Positions 57,981-64,000 of a DNA stretch of 64,000 nucleotides are shown here, piece after piece. The stretch covers positions 3,581,490 through 3,645,489 of the forward strand of contig MU053758.1 in the NCBI GenBank assembly GCA_013239625.1, written 5' to 3'. The notes under the pieces were generated by a model. The model did no database searches. It worked only from the letters and a program-made list of their open reading frames with translations, and was not told the DNA's origin. Source of the DNA: Lama guanicoe. Its lineage: Eukaryota. The translations under genes were made by a program, and so were the position numbers. The stretch's first letter is position 1; each line of letters starts with the position of its first letter.

Positions 57981-58281
57981 AGGAGATTTACAAAGGGATT
58001 TGGAGAACTGGAGGACAGGTCAAAGCAGCAGAGAGAACCACAACACACGTCATGTGACTTGCACAGCCCTAACTTGTCAGACCATCAGCTCACAGAATAA
58101 CTGCAGGAGGGCAGCCTCCAACGAGGAGGATCAGGTGGGCCTGGATGCCTGTTCTCTTTCCAGACTGTGAATCACGGTGGTGCCTGGGGTGGGGCCCCAT
58201 GCCTGATGGTTGTCAGAGAGCAGGGCTGGTCCGTGGATGGTCTTCTGTCTTCACACAGTTCTCCTGCTCAGCCCGGCATAT

Positions 58282-58387
58282 CTAGCACCCAAAGGTGCTG
58301 CAGGGCCCGATGCGGGAGCGTGGGCCACAAGGGGTGCAGGAATTTGTGACGCATGCGTTGCTCGTGGCGCAGGGGTTGCAGGGCAGC
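58282..58387 (-). CDS. KRT33B: KRT33B-like exon 7 (tail)
   Basis: [34 protein letters not shown]. Confidence 0.82.
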
Positions 58388-59183
58388 CTGGGACACAGAA
58401 TCATTAGCTCATCACCATGAGAGAGATGAAAAAAGTAAGGAGGGGCATCAACCCAAGGAGACGCGAAACAAGCAAAAACCACTCTCTGACATCTTCGGAA
58501 GCCAAGTCTCAGTCGGATCACTCCTTCTACAAAGGAGTAGACTTTGGTGGAAAAGAGCAAAGAAGACTTAAGGTCTTCACTCTATAAGCCTGGGGTCATG
58601 GGGAAGTCCTATGTCCCTCAAAGCCCAGTCCTCTCACCTGTGAGACGGATTGGTAATACCTCCCAAACAGATTGTGTTCATGAAAATACTCTTATTAGGG
58701 GACAAGTGCTGGGCCCTATGAGTTTTTGAGTCATCTCTCCTTTGCAATATTCAAATGCTCATCTGTAAGGTGGTTGTCCTGATTCCCACTCTGCCTGCCT
58801 CAGTGATCCCAACAAGAATCCATGAAACAATGGATTTCAAAGTGTGAATTAAACCCAAAGGCACTATTTAAATACACATGGTGGTGGTTTTGTTTTCCCT
58901 TTTGCTGTGACAAGCCAACCTTGAAGGTACAAAGCTTTATTCATCCATCAGCACCCAAAAGCTTACCAGCAGAGAAATAGCCAAGTCTCAAGAGGATCTT
59001 TTGGAACAGAAAATACCTTTCAGCCAGGTACTGACAAATACTTTTGACTCCCCGCTGCTGGAATATACAACTCTGGTCTCTACAGACATATTGGCATCTG
59101 AAACTTAACCTGCAAAGTCCCTGTTTTGTCCTTTAGGAGAACTATGCGTGTGCGTCACAGGGGTGCCACCTGCCAGGTACTCA

Positions 59184-59429
<246 letters not shown>

Positions 59430-59545
59430 TCACAGAGCTGCTCCTTAAATGGCTTCTCCATGGGTTCCAAAGGAGTCACAAGCCTCCAGAGTTAAGGAGA
59501 GCCTGGCCCCAAGGGCAACCCAGTGACTTCGATCCCCCAACTTCA

Positions 59546-59836
<291 letters not shown>

Positions 59837-61010
59837 TTAAATTCTCCCTGAGGGAGTCGAACGTGGTGGGAAGAGGATGCATTAGAAATTTTGTGGGTTT
59901 TTTTGTTTCCAAAGTCAGTTCCCTTTATTAAATGTTGATTTTCACAGACCAGAAATACAAAATAAAAGTAGAAATGGGTTTTGGTTAGGAGCTACAGTCC
60001 TGACCTCACGTGACCCCTGCTTGCAGCAACTTGAACAGGACAAGAAACATCTATATTCCAAAGGTCAGGAAAGGAGGACAAGGTTTTGGATCCTGAACTG
60101 CCCTGCCTCCCACCCAGTCTCTCCTCAGATTATAAAGAGCCATCCTTGTGAAGCAGCAGTGAGGTGCCTCCCCTGCTGCCCCAGCAAAGTTCACACTCGC
60201 GGGAGAGCTTGTTAGATGGCGCAGAATCCGAGGACTACGTGTCATATGAGGACGGTGTTGAAGCCCAGTTGATGTAAAACTCAGCTAAGTTATACCTTTT
60301 GTGATTCAGGCCTCCTGTCTGAGTCTCTCCCCATCTGTATATGAGGCTGCTTGATTAAATGAGTGCAAATGTTTCTTCCCACTCCAAGAGTCTATTATTT
60401 CTTTCGTATTTTCCCTTTGGTCGGTGATAAACCTGGCATGATAACTGGTTTATATTTGCTGCCACTTAAATATAGAGAAACTAGTTTTAACTCCTACCAT
60501 TTACTTCATTTTCTCTACCATCACACACTGTCCATGAGAGGGTATTTCTTCTTCACCTAATGTTTGAGACATGTATCTGATATCCTAGTATTACCGTGAG
60601 GTCTGAATCAACCATTACTTCAGTTCCTTCATTTCTCCCATTTTTTCCATCCATCCATCCATCCATCCATCCTTCTGTCCAAGCTGGGTTCTAACATCTA
60701 GGTGGCACATAATATAAGAAAGTTTGCTATCTCCTGCCAATCTTAGTCATTAACGTAGCATCTATTGAGAGGATCATTGATCTGATCAAACAGTAGAAAG
60801 TATTTTGAAGACCTTTATGCGGCCTTTTGGCCACATATCTGGGCCCCAAATGGAAATAGGCCAGCTGATCATACTCTTTTAGGTAAAAGAGATAAGCTTT
60901 CCTAACAATCCTCTGAGGGTATTTTGAGTAACCAGCAAAATATTGTGTTAGCTCTAGGATGCTTAGCAAACAACCACCTTATCCCACTCAAGGGAGTTAC
61001 AGGAATTTCA

Positions 61011-61217
<207 letters not shown>

Positions 61218-62162
61218 TCAAAGCAAGTCAAAGAAGAAGACTTTTTCCTGGACTTTACTTGGCTAACCTGGTCAATTTCACTACATTTTGCAATACTTGG
61301 AGTTTTTTGAACTTTTCTCAAAGGGGAGAAAATATCCCTGTGCAGAGTGAAAAGACCTATTTCCTCCCTGAGACCCACAGAGAAGATATTGGTGGGGCGC
61401 CCTTCTATAGTTTTCATCTATAATTCATTGCAGTTGGCCTAAGATGCCCAGTCACAGGCTGCTATCAATGAAGCCCTGTCCTCTTGCCTTCTTAAGTGAG
61501 TTGGTGAATTTCATTAGTCACCATCCTTTCCCAACCACCCTGAGAAGCAGCCTGGTATCGTGAGAGAAGCACTGAATTAGAAGGCAGTGAGATTCAACCC
61601 TGCCCTTAGGACTGTGGATGAGCCCCTTCATCTCTCTAGTCTCGATTTCCTCATTTGTAAAATGGGGACCAGACGATCATGTCATCAGCTTGGCCTGACG
61701 ATGAATAAATGGCATGGGTAGAACTACCTTGTAAACTGTAAAGTTCTATAAAACTACAAAGGTCTGTTAGGATTGTCATCGTTATCCCAAGAAAAGCTGA
61801 TTGATTCTCTGAAATGGATTTTGCCTCCTACATTGTCATTTGACTTTTTTCTGATGGGCTGATAATGACTAAATTATATTAAGAGAATGGTGTGAAATTC
61901 ACTTTTTAACTCAGTCCAGACACTAAAGCTGAAAAAGAGAAAGAATGGATGGTTTCTTGGGCTGCTGTGAACTAAACTTAAGACACAGAATTCTTGCTTT
62001 CAGTGAGGAGATTAACTGACATTTAAACTAACTAACCCAGTGCAAGAATCACCCCCCTCTCATCACAGACAGCTCCTGCTTGCAAGCTCCCAGGACAGAG
62101 TTCATCACTTTGCAATTCTGCCTGTCCATTACTAGCTTGCTCCAATCATTAGAAAAATCTTA

Positions 62163-62270
<108 letters not shown>

Positions 62271-63762
62271 TTAGTTATAGTAAGAATGAATGCCTTATCA
62301 CTTAAAGTGAGGGGCAATTACCTTTCAAATACACATTCTTTCCAAATAGCTTTGAATCTTCTCAAATTTTCAGTTTGGGGATAAAGAGAGGATTAATTAA
62401 TAGAACCGATCATTCCAAAACTGAAACGTCAAGAGGAAATGTGTCCTTTGTCATGAATTCTTCTCTTCTCAGTCTGCCTCTGGCTTCCAGCAGGATATTG
62501 AGTCTGCTGGGTACCAACCCTCACAGAGGGTGACTAGCCTCCCAGTTTGCTTAGGACTAGAGGGTTCCCGGGATGCTAAACCCAGAAAAATCCCAAGCAA
62601 ACCAAGACAAGTTGGTTATCCTACATTCACACTCCTTCATTCCAGCCCTGCTGACCTCTCTCCACTCTCCCTTCGTATTTTCCTGGACAAGACTTTTGCA
62701 CAAAGCTTCTGCATCTACTTGGAATGCCTGGGATGCTCTCATCCACCTCGCAAGACCCCCTGCATAACCCATGTTCCCCTTCCATCCCCAGTTTCTGCAG
62801 GAAGTCGCTTCCTCCACATGCTCCCACAGTACCTTGCATGTAGCCAGTTACACTTCTTATCATCACCTTTGCTGAGGTCATTTGCTTCCATGTCTGTCTC
62901 GCCTATTAGACTGTGAACTCCCAAAGGAAAGGGACTGTCCTACTCAGAACTTTATCCCTCACTCCAGCACTGCGCCTCATACTCCCTAAATGCAGGTCAA
63001 TGAATGTGTGATTTTCAAGTCCCACAGCCTCTTTCTGGCATTCACTTTGCCAGAACCGCTGAATCATGGACAGTCATTTCTCTCGGAGAATCAAGGGCTT
63101 GTGCAATCGAATATAAACTCCTGTTCATCCTTCAAACCCCGCTCAGAAATTGCCGCTTCTGAGAAGCCCTCCCTGATATACACCATGTAGTAAGTCCCAC
63201 TTTTATGCCAACCCTTTCCTTTCCTCACTTCTACTCCCGGATTCTCATCTTGTATGCACGCCTGCTCTGGCCCATGGTCCATGTGTCTCTGCATATTAGT
63301 GAGGCTTCTGGAGTCAGTAGCTCTTTTGCTTTGTTAGAGACAGTCTCTTACTATAGCTTTGAAAATCTTTAAATATTTGAGGATTCACTCTGGAAATTCC
63401 TAGCTCCAAGAAATAATTCAGGTACATGTTACTATGTTTTTCATGCTACAGGCTCTGAAAACAAGACTGGAATATCATAATAGGACTAAAGAATCAAACA
63501 ATCTGCTTTTAGGTAAGAAGCAATATTAGATTGCTAAAACTGATATCGGACTAATGCCTTATCCTCTCCTCTCAGTCTGTAGCCTTCCCTCCTGGGGCTT
63601 CCCACATAGATTTTCTAAGACAATGTGTCGTACGTAAGCCAATGTAGTCTCTGTATCACTTTCAACATTAGCTTTGAACCCTCTTAAATCCATTCAGAAG
63701 TGGGTATGGTAAATCTGGATAAGTAATTCACCCAACTGGCAGCGGGGTGCCCAGCCCCTCAC

Positions 63763-64000
63763 CTTCTGCTGGAGCTCCTCGATGGTCCGGAAGTAGGACT
63801 GGTAGTTGGGGCACACCAGGGGCTCCTGCTGCTGGGACCGCTCCCGGATGCGGCTCTCCAGCTCCGCGTTGTCCCGCTCCAGCTGCCGCACCTTCTCCAG
63901 GTAGCTGGCCAGGCGGTCGTTCAGGAACTGCATGGTCTCCTTCTCGTTGCCATTGAAGGAGCCCTCGCAGAACCAGTTGCAGCTGCTCACGTTGGCGGGG
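63763..64000 (-). CDS. KRT33B: KRT33B-like exon 1 (partial)
   Basis: [39 protein letters not shown]...ELQQK then GTGAGG. Confidence 0.85.

Overview
Mammalian genomic DNA, most likely a camelid (inferred from Vic-1-type tRNA-derived SINEs). It spans the junction between the KRTAP cluster and the type I hair-keratin cluster, with all genes on the minus strand. Left to right: (1) a disrupted KRTAP29-1 with a large 5' deletion, two further frameshifts and an in-frame stop; (2) an intact 617-aa KRTAP16-1 with a near-perfect 11 x 60-bp coding repeat; (3) an intact KRTAP17-1; (4) a ~7.5-kb full-length dead L1 nested in an older L1; (5) an intact 7-exon, 404-aa KRT33A; (6) a second type I hair keratin in the KRT33B position, running off the right edge, that has lost the acceptor and 110 of 126 nt of exon 5. 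The two keratins are mosaic, with near-identical tracts consistent with gene conversion. The three KRTAP promoters share a 13-bp element 70-75 bp upstream of TATA. The rest is LINE, SINE, LTR and DNA-transposon relics and microsatellites. I found no new enzymatic system; the novelty is lineage-specific remodelling of fibre genes. Comparisons to human orthologues and repeat family names are from memory and need database confirmation.
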